From positions 1 to 64,000 of the forward strand of contig JBIJBE010000011.1 in assembly GCA_044345405.1 (NCBI GenBank): a DNA stretch of 64,000 nucleotides, in the 5' to 3' direction. Below are positions 9,336 to 18,662 of this stretch, in pieces. Each line of letters starts with the position of its first letter. Position 1 is the first letter of the stretch. Source of the stretch: Bdellovibrionota bacterium. GTDB lineage: Bacteria; Bdellovibrionota_C; UBA2361; OMII01. The translations under genes were made by a program, and so were the position numbers. The notes under the pieces are model-generated. The model was given only the letters and a program-made list of their open reading frames with translations, had not been told where the DNA came from and ran no database searches.

Positions 9336-10625
9336 ATGACAGCGATAGAGACACGTACTTACACAAGCCGGACGTCACTTCGTGATGAGAGTTTCGGCAG
9401 AGAGCTTGTTCGATTCAATACGGCGGGATCGGTCGATAATGGGAAGAGCACCTTGATAGGACGACTGCTGTACGATTCAGGAGGATTGCCTGAGGACGTT
9501 ATCGCCTCCATCGCGGCGCGTTCCCAACGCGCCGGAAAGCTCAACCTCGCGGCTTTTACTGATGGATTAAAAGCTGAACGTGAGCGAGGGATCACAATCG
9601 ACGCCTCCTATCGGTACTTCCAGCGCGGGCAGCGCGATTTTATTGTAGCGGACTCCCCCGGTCATTTTGAGTATACCCGCAACATGCTCACGGCGACCTC
9701 TCACTCTGACGCCACGCTCATACTGGTGGACGCGGAGCACGGAATCGTGGAGCAGAATCGTCGACACGCGTATCTCACCTCCATGGCTGGTGTGAGGAAC
9801 ATCGCGATACTCGTGAATAAGCTCGATCTCTTCGCGTATTCGCGAGCTCGGTTTGATGAGATTCGGGGAGAGTTTTCGGAGCTGCTGGAAAAGTTGCCTG
9901 GTGTTCAGGTGACCTTCATTCCAGTCTCCGCTCTTCATGGCGAGAATATAGTCCAGTCTTCCCAGGTTACTCCGTGGTATGAGGGACCCTCGGTGCTCGG
10001 GTATCTTGAGGGGCTCTCTCCACATAAGGATGTTCCGCTCGATAGGATCCGAGCGGTGGTGCAGTGGCTTGAGCGGGGGAGTGAAGCGTCCGGCCGGGAA
10101 GTTGTCGTTCGAATCGATCAGGGCTCCCTCGCGAATGGGGATCGACTGTGGGCGAGTTCGAGCGATGAGCGGGTCGATGTGGCGGGATTGAGTCTCCCCT
10201 CAGGGCTTACCGTGCGAAGCGCGACCGCGAGCCAAGCTCGGTTTAAGGTCCCGTGGACGACCCGTCTGCAGCGTGGCGATGTGCTATCACGGGTAGATGT
10301 TCCCCTCAGAACGGTAAACCGCCTTGAGGCCCAAATCTGCTGGATGGACGATCAACCGCTCCGAGTGGGGGATCGCTACCTGGTGAGGGTCGGAGGCCAA
10401 GCTGCGGAGGGGGTGCTTGAACGGATCGTCCGACGGGTGAATATCGGAACGTACGAGAGCGTTGATGACATTCGCCCACTGCGGCTCAATGAGGTAGGGT
10501 CGGTAGTGGTGTCGCTCTCGAAGGCCTTGGTTGTTGCTCCGTTGAGAGAGGATCGCCGAGCTGGTGCCCTCATTCTCGTCGATCCAGTAAGTGGGAATAC
10601 GGTAGCCGCTGGAGGAGCTCAGTAA
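9336..10625 (+). CDS. cysN: Sulfate adenylyltransferase subunit 1 (GTPase, no CysC fusion)
   Basis: GSVDNGKSTLIGRLL, DGLKAERERGITID, ADSPGH, NKLD, TVAAG; RBS GAGGAG before ATG 9336. Confidence 0.92.
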   Translation: MTAIETRTYTSRTSLRDESFGRELVRFNTAGSVDNGKSTLIGRLLYDSGGLPEDVIASIAARSQRAGKLNLAAFTDGLKAERERGITIDASYRYFQRGQRDFIVADSPGHFEYTRNMLTATSHSDATLILVDAEHGIVEQNRRHAYLTSMAGVRNIAILVNKLDLFAYSRARFDEIRGEFSELLEKLPGVQVTFIPVSALHGENIVQSSQVTPWYEGPSVLGYLEGLSPHKDVPLDRIRAVVQWLERGSEASGREVVVRIDQGSLANGDRLWASSSDERVDVAGLSLPSGLTVRSATASQARFKVPWTTRLQRGDVLSRVDVPLRTVNRLEAQICWMDDQPLRVGDRYLVRVGGQAAEGVLERIVRRVNIGTYESVDDIRPLRLNEVGSVVVSLSKALVVAPLREDRRAGALILVDPVSGNTVAAGGAQ

Positions 10626-10653
10626 GGGACGCGGTTGCCAGCGGCGCGGAAAT

Positions 10654-10682
10654 AGAAACGGCCCCGGAAAGGGGCCGTTTCT
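10654..10682. terminator. Bidirectional intrinsic terminator
   Basis: AGAAACGGCCCC-GGAAA-GGGGCCGTTTCT between convergent cysN and degP. Confidence 0.8.
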
Positions 10683-10709
10683 TGGTTACTTGGGGTGAAG
10701 CGAGAAAAA

Positions 10710-12206
10710 CTACTCCTCGGTCTCCTCCTCTGTCCCTTGTTGGCGCAAGAACGCGAACCGTTCCATGCCTTGCGATTCCACGACCATTCGGATTCCTTTC
10801 TTGAGATCTCCCTTCGCGAGAGCGTCCTTGAAATCCGTGATCGTTGCGATCTCTTTGCCGTTGATGCTCACAACGATGTCTCCCGGTCTGATCTCGGCCT
10901 TCGCGGCGAGACCTTGCGGTGCCACCTCTGTTACCACCAGTCCCGAGGTTCGGGAGGTACGTGAGCGTTTAGCGGAGCTCTCATTGAGAGGCTCAACGGA
11001 GAGGCCGAGTTGCTCGTTCTCTCCATCACTTGAGACCTCAGGACTCTCCTCAGCTTGCACAGGGAGTTCGCCGATCGTCACGGTTACCGCTTTCTTCTCT
11101 CCACCGCGAATGACCGTCACATCGAGGTCGACCCCTGGTTTCAGTGACGCGATGTAGTTGCGAAGTTGATTAACGTTCTTGATGCGCTCCTTGCCAGCTT
11201 GAACGATGATGTCGCCTTGCTTGAGTCCGGCCTTCTTAGCTGGTCCCTTCGGATCAACGTGACCAACAAGCGACCCTTCGGTGCTCTCGTAGTTGAACGA
11301 TTCAGCGAGATCCTCTGAGAGGTTCTGAATTCCCACACCAAGCCATCCGCGGGTAACTTTACCCTTGGTGATGAGGCTCTCCATAACCTGACGGCCCATG
11401 TTGATCGGAATGGCGAATCCGATACCCATGTAGCCCCCAGACTTTGAGACGATTGCGGTGTTGATACCGACAACCTCTCCGCGTAGGTTTACGAGCGGTC
11501 CACCACTGTTTCCAGGATTGATCGCCGCGTCGGTTTGAATGAAATCCTCGTACTGAGCGCCACCTGAGATTGCGCGCCCCTTCGCGGACACGATTCCGGC
11601 GGTGATCGTGTTGTCGAGCCCGAAGCTCGCTCCCGCCGCGATAACCCATTCACCGATCTTCAATTTGTCGGAGTCTCCAAGTTTCGCGGACTTTGGAAGT
11701 CCCTCCTTAACCTTAATCTTGATGACCGCGAGGTCTGTGCGTGGATCAACGCCTACTACTTTTGCTTTGACGCTCTTCTCGGTGCTGAGCCGAACCGTTA
11801 CCTCGTCCGCGTCTCCGATGACGTGGTTGTTGGTGAGGATGTGTCCTTGATCGTCAACGATCACACCGGTACCCAATCCTCGTTGAGGGGAGGGAACCAT
11901 CTTGTCGAAAAAGTCCTCTCCGAGGAAATCTCTAAGCTGCTCTGTGCCCTTGGGGCCGCCCTTCTTGGGCTTCGTTTCGGTCGAGATAGTCACAACGGAT
12001 GGGGTGATGCTCTCCGCTACCTGTTCGAAGGCCTGCGACAGTTCATCCGCTAGGCGAGCCCCCGGCAGCGCTGGGGCGGTCTCGGCTCGCGTCTCAGTTG
12101 GGAGCGTGGTAGAGAGGAGGCTCATGCCTACCATGAGTCCCGCTACGACCTTTTTTGAAGCTCTAACGGACTGAAGTGTCTGGGATAGTGAAAGGGTTCG
12201 ATTCAT
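10710..12206 (-). CDS. degP: Do/DegQ-family serine endoprotease with two PDZ domains
   Basis: TNNHV, DLAVIK, FIQTDAAINPGNSGGPL; VTRGWLGV PDZ; signal peptide. Confidence 0.93.
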   Translation of the reverse strand: MNRTLSLSQTLQSVRASKKVVAGLMVGMSLLSTTLPTETRAETAPALPGARLADELSQAFEQVAESITPSVVTISTETKPKKGGPKGTEQLRDFLGEDFFDKMVPSPQRGLGTGVIVDDQGHILTNNHVIGDADEVTVRLSTEKSVKAKVVGVDPRTDLAVIKIKVKEGLPKSAKLGDSDKLKIGEWVIAAGASFGLDNTITAGIVSAKGRAISGGAQYEDFIQTDAAINPGNSGGPLVNLRGEVVGINTAIVSKSGGYMGIGFAIPINMGRQVMESLITKGKVTRGWLGVGIQNLSEDLAESFNYESTEGSLVGHVDPKGPAKKAGLKQGDIIVQAGKERIKNVNQLRNYIASLKPGVDLDVTVIRGGEKKAVTVTIGELPVQAEESPEVSSDGENEQLGLSVEPLNESSAKRSRTSRTSGLVVTEVAPQGLAAKAEIRPGDIVVSINGKEIATITDFKDALAKGDLKKGIRMVVESQGMERFAFLRQQGTEEETEE

Positions 12207-12298
12207 AATGAGGAAAACCACCACAATTACAATTATTTGCGATTAGGATCGTGTAGCATGAAAGACGGCTGCTCGAAAGAAAAATTCAGGCTGCTGTA

Positions 12299-12979
12299 AT
12301 GTCTCACAAACCCCACATCATCTACCTACACGGTTTAGGGTCCGGCCCAGCCTCTCAGAAGGGTGTACTCGTCCGTGAGCACTTTAGTGCGCGGGGCTAC
12401 ACGGTCTCACTGCCGTCGGTCACGGTTCCAAGCCTCGAAACGCTCTCTCCGCGGGCGGCAGTGGATCTCGTTAAAGAGCTGGTGCTTCAGAACCGGGATA
12501 CCGGACTGGTGATGATGGGGAGTAGTTTCGGCGCGTTCCTCGCTCTTCACGGGTACAACGAGTTGTCGAACGATGAGCGCGCTCATGTTCGAGCTCTTGT
12601 TCTCTTGGCCCCCGCCTTAAATCCATGGGACCCGTGTAGCGGTCTTCTCACCCCAGAGCGGGAGCGACTGTGGAGGGAACGTGGAAGTGCCCCGGTGCTT
12701 AACCTTGAGACAGGGAGAGAGGTGCTGGTGCATTATCGGTTCGTAGAGGAGTTGCGAGCCTTTGACTCCCGAACGGTCGTGCCGGAGGTGCCCACACTGC
12801 TCGTTCACGGCGTTAACGATGAGGTCGTGCCGGTAGCGCAGAGTCGGGAATTCGTCGTGGCGCGTCCCGGGACGGTGCTTGAGGTGCTCGATGATACCCA
12901 CCAGCTTCTCGGTGATCCGGCAAAAATGTTGAGTATCATAGAGCGTTTTATCCTTTCGGGTGGCACCGACTCGCGTTAA
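12299..12979 (+). CDS. YqiA/YcfP-like alpha/beta hydrolase
   Basis: YLHGLGSGP, GSSFG nucleophile elbow, HGVNDEVV, DTH. Confidence 0.85.
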   Translation: MSHKPHIIYLHGLGSGPASQKGVLVREHFSARGYTVSLPSVTVPSLETLSPRAAVDLVKELVLQNRDTGLVMMGSSFGAFLALHGYNELSNDERAHVRALVLLAPALNPWDPCSGLLTPERERLWRERGSAPVLNLETGREVLVHYRFVEELRAFDSRTVVPEVPTLLVHGVNDEVVPVAQSREFVVARPGTVLEVLDDTHQLLGDPAKMLSIIERFILSGGTDSR

Positions 12980-13036
12980 TTCGTATCCTATGTGGTAGCG
13001 GCTTTCGTCACCGCAGGGAGGATACCCGTACCGTCT

Positions 13037-14491
13037 ATGACCAGGTTCACCGAATTCAGAGTGCGATTACTGGCGGCGATAGCGATAGGGCTCGCGCTCG
13101 CGCTCGTATCGCTGGCGGTGGCGAGGCAACCTTCGAACGGCTCCTCATGGTGGCGATACGGTAGCTCGTCTTCTCATAGTGAGTCGGTGGTCTCTATCCC
13201 GAATGAAGAGGCCTCTGGTGGGGATGCTTCATCGCTGGAATCTCAGAACGGCCCGGCGACTCCCCGACCAGGCGCTCTCCTCATTGACGGTGGTGATTAC
13301 ACGGGGCCTGACGAAACACCAACGCCGTCAGTAATCATGAGTCCCTCTCCAGCTCCCTCGTTCGACGATGAAGACGGTGATGACGCCGCGGCCCGAGAGC
13401 GAGGGGGAGTATCAATTTCAATCCCGTCCACGCCGACGCCTGCTGGAACCTCTGACGATGGTATGCTCGCTGGGATAGTCAATCGTGGGGGGAGTGGAGG
13501 TATCGTCCCCTCGACGCCCCTACCTGACGAAGGGGGGCTTCCCTGGGTGGGCGGGCAGGGACGAGGCTACGCGATGCTCTATGCGCTCCAACCTGAAGCT
13601 CGAGCGGCCGTTGAGTCGAATGTCTCCACACTTCTGGCCGCGCGAGTCCGTGAGCCGTTCATCGGGGTTCTGATTGATGGAACCTTTGGAAAGGATTTTG
13701 GCTATCTTCGTGAGCTGGTCCGTCGCCTTAACGCGGATGGTCGTAATTTGCAGCTCGCCCTCTACCTCGCGAACGGTCCGGCGCAGCGGCGATACAAAAA
13801 TCCTCCCTATGAGGTTCCCTTTGTTCGTATTCGTCCCGAGGATTTTCGACGGGAGATCCGACGGTCAAATAGCGACTCGCAAATTCAGTATCTTCAGATG
13901 GTGTCGGACGCGCGAATGCTTTTTGAGTACAATCTCAAGACAAATCCAGACGCCCGTAATTTCGCCGTTGTTATGCTTGAGGACAATCTTGAGCGCGATT
14001 CTTTTCGCGCAATGGCGCAGCTTGCGCGCGATCAGTTAGAGGCGGTGGCTACTATCGTGCGGAATCCATGTCTGAATTGTTACTCCGGCAATGACGCCGA
14101 GTCACTTGGCTACGCTCTCGAGGATCACTCGGTAGAGCGATTCGATCTCCTTGATAGCAACTCTGGATTTACCCTCGACGGGGTCGGGTTTAAGTATCCG
14201 AACGAGATCGGAGGAACGGGGGTAACGCCTGAGCAAGTTGTGTCGCTCGTGAACGGCGCCTATCAACGAGGGCTTCGTTACTTTGGACTGTGGCGCGAGG
14301 AGTGGCAGGGAATTGAGAATGGACAGTTGCTCAAGGATCCGAAGAGCCGGGTGTATATCGCTTCAACCGCTGAGGAGACCGATTTCGAGGTAACCGTGCT
14401 CCGATCGGGATTGCCATTCCTTAACTCGCAAGATAGTGACGAGAGCTCGGATGACGGGATCGACGATAGGTTTATTACGGTGAACGAATAG
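13037..14491 (+). CDS. Hypothetical membrane-anchored/secreted protein
   Basis: N-terminal hydrophobic helix, S/P/D-rich linker, globular C-terminal domain with RNPCLNC. Confidence 0.75.
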   Translation: MTRFTEFRVRLLAAIAIGLALALVSLAVARQPSNGSSWWRYGSSSSHSESVVSIPNEEASGGDASSLESQNGPATPRPGALLIDGGDYTGPDETPTPSVIMSPSPAPSFDDEDGDDAAARERGGVSISIPSTPTPAGTSDDGMLAGIVNRGGSGGIVPSTPLPDEGGLPWVGGQGRGYAMLYALQPEARAAVESNVSTLLAARVREPFIGVLIDGTFGKDFGYLRELVRRLNADGRNLQLALYLANGPAQRRYKNPPYEVPFVRIRPEDFRREIRRSNSDSQIQYLQMVSDARMLFEYNLKTNPDARNFAVVMLEDNLERDSFRAMAQLARDQLEAVATIVRNPCLNCYSGNDAESLGYALEDHSVERFDLLDSNSGFTLDGVGFKYPNEIGGTGVTPEQVVSLVNGAYQRGLRYFGLWREEWQGIENGQLLKDPKSRVYIASTAEETDFEVTVLRSGLPFLNSQDSDESSDDGIDDRFITVNE

Positions 14492-14506
14492 GAAAGGTAG
14501 TAAGGT

Positions 14507-14989
14507 ATGGAACACAGTGATCTGGACGCTCTTGGTGAGGAGCTACGAACGGCGTGCAAGAACGAGGGGATCTCTCATTTCTCGATTGAGCGAGCCTACC
14601 AGATCGGAGAGGGGCTTCGTGGCGCGAGAGAGGCGCGCTTAGCGAGCATCGCGCCTGCGGATGTCGTTAAAGGCGAGCCGTTCGATCTCTTGCTCCTCTT
14701 TGATGTTATCGCCGCTACCGCCTCGCTCGAAGCGGCGAGCGTAGGTGGTGCACCGGAGACTGCTCCTGTGTCGTCCGATGTGATCGACCTCTGGATTCGA
14801 GCCACCGCCGCTCGCGCGCTCTGGTTTGAGCGTTTTGCGCAGTGGCCAAATGAAAATTCCTCTAAAAAATTAGAGCATCTCCGAGATACGGCCCGGAAGC
14901 TCGGGGCCGAATCTATCGCTCGAGGACTTGTTGAGCGGGTGCAACCCGTTAAATTTACAGAGTTTGTCGGACGTTTCTCATGCGCCTAG
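14507..14989 (+). CDS. Hypothetical protein
   Basis: 160-aa ORF 15 bp downstream of the previous gene, same strand, RBS-like AAGG. Confidence 0.65.
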   Translation: MEHSDLDALGEELRTACKNEGISHFSIERAYQIGEGLRGAREARLASIAPADVVKGEPFDLLLLFDVIAATASLEAASVGGAPETAPVSSDVIDLWIRATAARALWFERFAQWPNENSSKKLEHLRDTARKLGAESIARGLVERVQPVKFTEFVGRFSCA

Positions 14990-15027
14990 CGCCTGTGCCC
15001 CGTCGAAAAGACTGAAATGGCGCAGAC

Positions 15028-15055
15028 TTGACCGAGATAGTGGTTGTGGTACCTT
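15028..15055 (+). promoter_or_regulatory. Sigma70-type promoter of rplM-rpsI
   Basis: TTGACC-N16-TACCTT with extended -10 TG. Confidence 0.5.
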
Positions 15056-15208
15056 CCGGTACTCATTTTGGGTTGATAGAAGAGGGGCCCAAAGGCGTTG
15101 ATACAGCGAGTTATCCAATGATAACGAGGGGTTTAACGAAGTGAGTAGGGCGGTTGTCGTCCGCAAAATTTCCTCTCCTTAGACCGGTTAAGTCTTAGTT
15201 ACGTAGTT

Positions 15209-15652
15209 ATGAGCACCGAATTTCTTTCGTCAGAAGCCGCCCGTCAGGGTGCAAAGTGGTGGGTTATCGATGCAGCAGAGGTTCCTGTTGGTCGTTTGGC
15301 TACCGAAGCAGCTAATCTCCTCCGCGGCAAGAATAAGCCAACCTACACGCCAAACGTAGACAGTGGCGATTTCGTGGTTGTTATCAATGCGGAAAAGGTT
15401 CGCCTCACTGGAAACAAGGGCGAGACCAAGTTCTACCGACACCACACCGGCTTCATCGGTCACCTCAAAGAGGTTGCCGGAGCTGACATGCTTCAAAATA
15501 AGCCAGAGAGGGCTATTCAGTTGGCTGTTCGTGGAATGTTGACCGAGGGAGTTCTCGGGCATCAACAGCTCGGCAAGTTGAAGATCTACAAGGGCAGTGA
15601 GCACCCTCATGCGGCTCAGCTCCCACAAGCACACACAATCGTTAAAAAGTAG
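15209..15652 (+). CDS. rplM: 50S ribosomal protein L13
   Basis: WWVIDA..VGRLA, LRGKNKPTYTPNVDSGDFVVVINA, HPHAAQ. Confidence 0.98.
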   Translation: MSTEFLSSEAARQGAKWWVIDAAEVPVGRLATEAANLLRGKNKPTYTPNVDSGDFVVVINAEKVRLTGNKGETKFYRHHTGFIGHLKEVAGADMLQNKPERAIQLAVRGMLTEGVLGHQQLGKLKIYKGSEHPHAAQLPQAHTIVKK

Positions 15653-15665
15653 GTAAGGAGTTCAG

Positions 15666-16061
15666 ATGATCAAGGGTGGTGGATTTCATGCGATCGGTCG
15701 CCGCAAAGAAGCGGTAGCTCGTGTATATCTTCGTCCAGGAACTGGAAAGTTCACGGTAAACGGCACAGAGACGAAGGAGTACTTCGGACGCGTTAGCCTT
15801 GAGCTCCTTATCAAGGAGCCTCTCGTTGTTACAGGTCTCTCTGAGAGCTACGACGTTCTCGCTAACGTAACTGGTGGCGGAAAGAGTGGACAGGCTGGCG
15901 CGCTTCGTATGGCGCTCGGGCGTGTTCTTGTCGCTGTGGATTCAGCTCATCGCAAAACTCTCAAGGCAGGCCAGATGCTTACTCGAGATGCTCGTGAAGT
16001 TGAGCGTAAGAAGTACGGACGTCACAAAGCTCGTCGACGACCACAGTTCTCGAAGCGTTAA
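15666..16061 (+). CDS. rpsI: 30S ribosomal protein S9
   Basis: GRRKEAVARV, GGGKSGQAGA, LTRDAREVERKKYG..QFSKR. Confidence 0.98.
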   Translation: MIKGGGFHAIGRRKEAVARVYLRPGTGKFTVNGTETKEYFGRVSLELLIKEPLVVTGLSESYDVLANVTGGGKSGQAGALRMALGRVLVAVDSAHRKTLKAGQMLTRDAREVERKKYGRHKARRRPQFSKR

Positions 16062-16098
16062 TCGAGAAGCCGATTTTTCGGCGTCTTGCTTCGAAAGC

Positions 16099-16145
16099 AC
16101 AAACAAAAAGCCCGGTGGCAGAGATGCCCCGGGTTTTTTGTTTGT
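16099..16145 (+). terminator. Intrinsic terminator after rpsI
   Basis: ACAAACAAAAAGCCCGG...CCGGGTTTTTTGTTTGT. Confidence 0.85.
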
Positions 16146-16164
16146 GGCATGTCAGATTGATTGC

Positions 16165-16312
16165 GACCCGTGACGTGGGCGGGCGGTCATTCCTGACCGC
16201 CGTGTTACGTGGGGCGACGGTCCTGTCGAATAACGAAACCTTTCGGCGACCGGCATGTCCCCCGAAGCTTTAGCGAAGGGGGAGGAATAGTCGCCCTCCC
16301 AGGTCACGGGTT
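16165..16312. repeat. REP/REPIN-like palindromic element, copy 1
   Basis: GGGCGGTCATTCCTGACCGCCGTGTTACG...CGGCGACCG...GTCGCCCTCCC; related copies at 19604, 24793, 36457, 38370. Confidence 0.8.
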
Positions 16313-16327
16313 GTGAAAGAATGGAAC

Positions 16328-17158
16328 CTACCCCCTCACCGTCGAGTAAAAGCCCAGGACCCTCGTCTCAACCGTCGCGCGCCGCGCACGCTCAACGGCG
16401 TCGTACAGGGTTCCCTTCGCCTCTGGAGTGCTCTCTAAATCGATATGGAAGGAGTACTCGAAGGGCTTCCCCGGGATCGGCCGTGACTCAATCTTAGTGA
16501 CGTTTATCGCAAGCTCCGCGAATTCACCCAAAAGCTTATAGAGGCTCGCTGGCTCATGACGGAGCGAAAGGATCAGCGTGCACTTCGATGGCGCTTCGAG
16601 CGTTTCGAGGTTCACGGATACCGCGAAGAATCGCGTCATGTTACTGGCGTGGTTCTGAATAGCGGGGGCTATGATGGAGAGTTTGTATTCCCGGGCCGCC
16701 TCATCGCTCGCTATCGCGGCCACCCCTGAGGCGCCAAGTTGCTGGACATGTGCGGCCGCGCCAGCGGTATCCGAGAAGACAACAGGTGACATCGAGGGGT
16801 GTCGCTCAAGGAAGTTTGAGCACTGCTCAAGCGCTTTGGGATGAGAGAATACCTGGGTGATTGAGTCGATCGTCTCCGTTGGTGACGCGGTCATGAGGTG
16901 AAGCTGCACCGGACAGTAGAACTCACCGACGATGGAGCATCGGTACTCCGAGAGCAGGTCGTAGTTCTCGTGGATAGAGCCGGCGAGGGCATTTTCGATC
17001 GGCACAACCCCAACATCCGCTCGACCAGATGTAACGTGTTCGAATATCTCCCGAAAGCGGGTGGTTTGCAGGGGGATGAGGTCAGCGCCATAGAGGGCCC
17101 GAGCGGCCATGCTGCTGAACGATCCTGTTATTCCTTGATAGGCTACCCTCTTTTTCAT
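16328..17158 (-). CDS. pheA: Prephenate dehydratase (PDT + ACT, no chorismate mutase domain)
   Basis: VAYQG..GSFS, VPIENALAG, SHPKALEQC, NMTRF, NVTKIESRP. Confidence 0.92.
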   Translation of the reverse strand: MKKRVAYQGITGSFSSMAARALYGADLIPLQTTRFREIFEHVTSGRADVGVVPIENALAGSIHENYDLLSEYRCSIVGEFYCPVQLHLMTASPTETIDSITQVFSHPKALEQCSNFLERHPSMSPVVFSDTAGAAAHVQQLGASGVAAIASDEAAREYKLSIIAPAIQNHASNMTRFFAVSVNLETLEAPSKCTLILSLRHEPASLYKLLGEFAELAINVTKIESRPIPGKPFEYSFHIDLESTPEAKGTLYDAVERARRATVETRVLGFYSTVRG

Positions 17159-17186
17159 GGATGGTGGATGATACCGCAGAATTTGT

Positions 17187-17972
17187 ATGGAAACCATTAT
17201 CGTTATACCCGCTCGTTACGGCTCTAGCCGTTTTCCCGGTAAACCCCTCGCTCACATCATGGGCCACTCGCTTTTGGAGCGTGTGTGGCGGATAGGGAAG
17301 GCCGTAGAGGGGGTGAGCAGGGTGGTTGTGGCGACCGATGATGCTCGGATCGTTGAGCACGTTTGTTCCTTTGGGGGCGAGGCGGTTATGACCTCAGAGT
17401 CGTGCTCCAACGGGTCTGAGCGCGCCTACGAGGCGGCTCAAAACCTGGGGAGCAAGGCCGATGTCATCGTGAACCTCCAAGGTGACGCGGTGCTCATGCC
17501 CCCGTGGGTAATTGGTGCGCTTGTAAAGGCGATGACCGAAGACCCTTCGATTCAAGTCGCTACCCCCGCAGTACGCCTTAACGGCGAGCAATACAAGAGC
17601 ATGAGCGCGATGAAGGGAGCGGGGATCGTATCAGGGACCACGGTCACATTCGCCAAAAACGGCGACGCGCTCTACTTTTCCAAGGGGATAATCCCGTTCA
17701 TGCGGACCGCTCCAGCGAGTGGGGAGCCGCCTATCTTCCAACACATCGGGGTTTACGCGTATCGATCTGACGCGCTTAAAAAATACATCGGACTCCCTCA
17801 AGGAATGTTCGAGGAGGTTGAACAGCTCGAGCAACTTCGCGCGATAGAGAACGGCATGCCGATCCGAGTCGTTCAAGTTTCACTTCAGGGGCGTACGATG
17901 TGGTCGGTTGATAATCCACAAGATGTCGCGCGCGTTGAGGAGATCATTCGCGCCGAAGGTGAATTGGTATGA
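17187..17972 (+). CDS. kdsB: 3-deoxy-manno-octulosonate cytidylyltransferase
   Basis: IPARYGSSRFPGKPL, VATDD, VNLQGD, ALYFS, HIGVYAY, LEQLRA. Confidence 0.95.
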   Translation: METIIVIPARYGSSRFPGKPLAHIMGHSLLERVWRIGKAVEGVSRVVVATDDARIVEHVCSFGGEAVMTSESCSNGSERAYEAAQNLGSKADVIVNLQGDAVLMPPWVIGALVKAMTEDPSIQVATPAVRLNGEQYKSMSAMKGAGIVSGTTVTFAKNGDALYFSKGIIPFMRTAPASGEPPIFQHIGVYAYRSDALKKYIGLPQGMFEEVEQLEQLRAIENGMPIRVVQVSLQGRTMWSVDNPQDVARVEEIIRAEGELV

Positions 17973-18610
17973 GATCGGTGGTTATCCTGTGCCGACACGG
18001 AAACACCTTTGAGAGGGGTGACAAGGTTGTCATGGTTGGAGCGAACGAAGATCTCCCGCTGACCTCGCACGGAATCCAGCAAGCTCGCTCCGTCGGTGTA
18101 GCGCTCGCGGCGGTAAACGCGGTGCCGTCACGAATTATCAGTGGGCCACTCCAGCGGACGAAGGTATTCGCCGAGCAGGTTCGTTCTGAGACGAACGCCG
18201 CCGCTCCGATCGAGATCGACGAGCGGTTGATAGAGTTCGACTACGGAGCGTGGAGCGGTCTCTCGAATGATGAGATCGTGGAGATCTCCGGGCAGCCCGC
18301 GCTTGACGCGTGGCAGGAGCGGAGTGAGCGTCCCAGTGGAGTTACCTTCGTTCCCTCAGTGGAGCGCGCTCGCGCCGACGCCGTCGACCTGATGCGAGAG
18401 CTTGAGTCCCTCGCGGGTGTAGCCGTTATCGTCACAAGCAACGGGCGGTTGCGGGAGTTCGGACAACTTCTCTCCCGAGGGTCCTCGTTGCCTTCGTACA
18501 AAGTGAGGACTGGGCATTCGTGCGTTCTTGTTCGTGAGGGAGATCAGTGGAAGGTTCTCGGATGGGATCTCAATCCAGACCAGCTCAAAGCGCTTGTTGG
18601 TCAAGGCTAG
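17969..18610 (+). CDS. Histidine phosphatase family protein
   Basis: RHG motif, GPLQRT, LIEFDYGAWSG; ATGA overlap with kdsB. Confidence 0.85.
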   Translation: MRSVVILCRHGNTFERGDKVVMVGANEDLPLTSHGIQQARSVGVALAAVNAVPSRIISGPLQRTKVFAEQVRSETNAAAPIEIDERLIEFDYGAWSGLSNDEIVEISGQPALDAWQERSERPSGVTFVPSVERARADAVDLMRELESLAGVAVIVTSNGRLREFGQLLSRGSSLPSYKVRTGHSCVLVREGDQWKVLGWDLNPDQLKALVGQG

Positions 18611-18614
18611 TTCG

Positions 18615-18644
18615 AGACCCGACGACCTTTCGATCGTCGAGTCT
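18615..18644. terminator. Hairpin between convergent genes
   Basis: AGACCCGACGA-CCTTTCGA-TCGTCGAGTCT. Confidence 0.4.
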
Positions 18645-18662
18645 TAAACATTTCCGGGTTCG

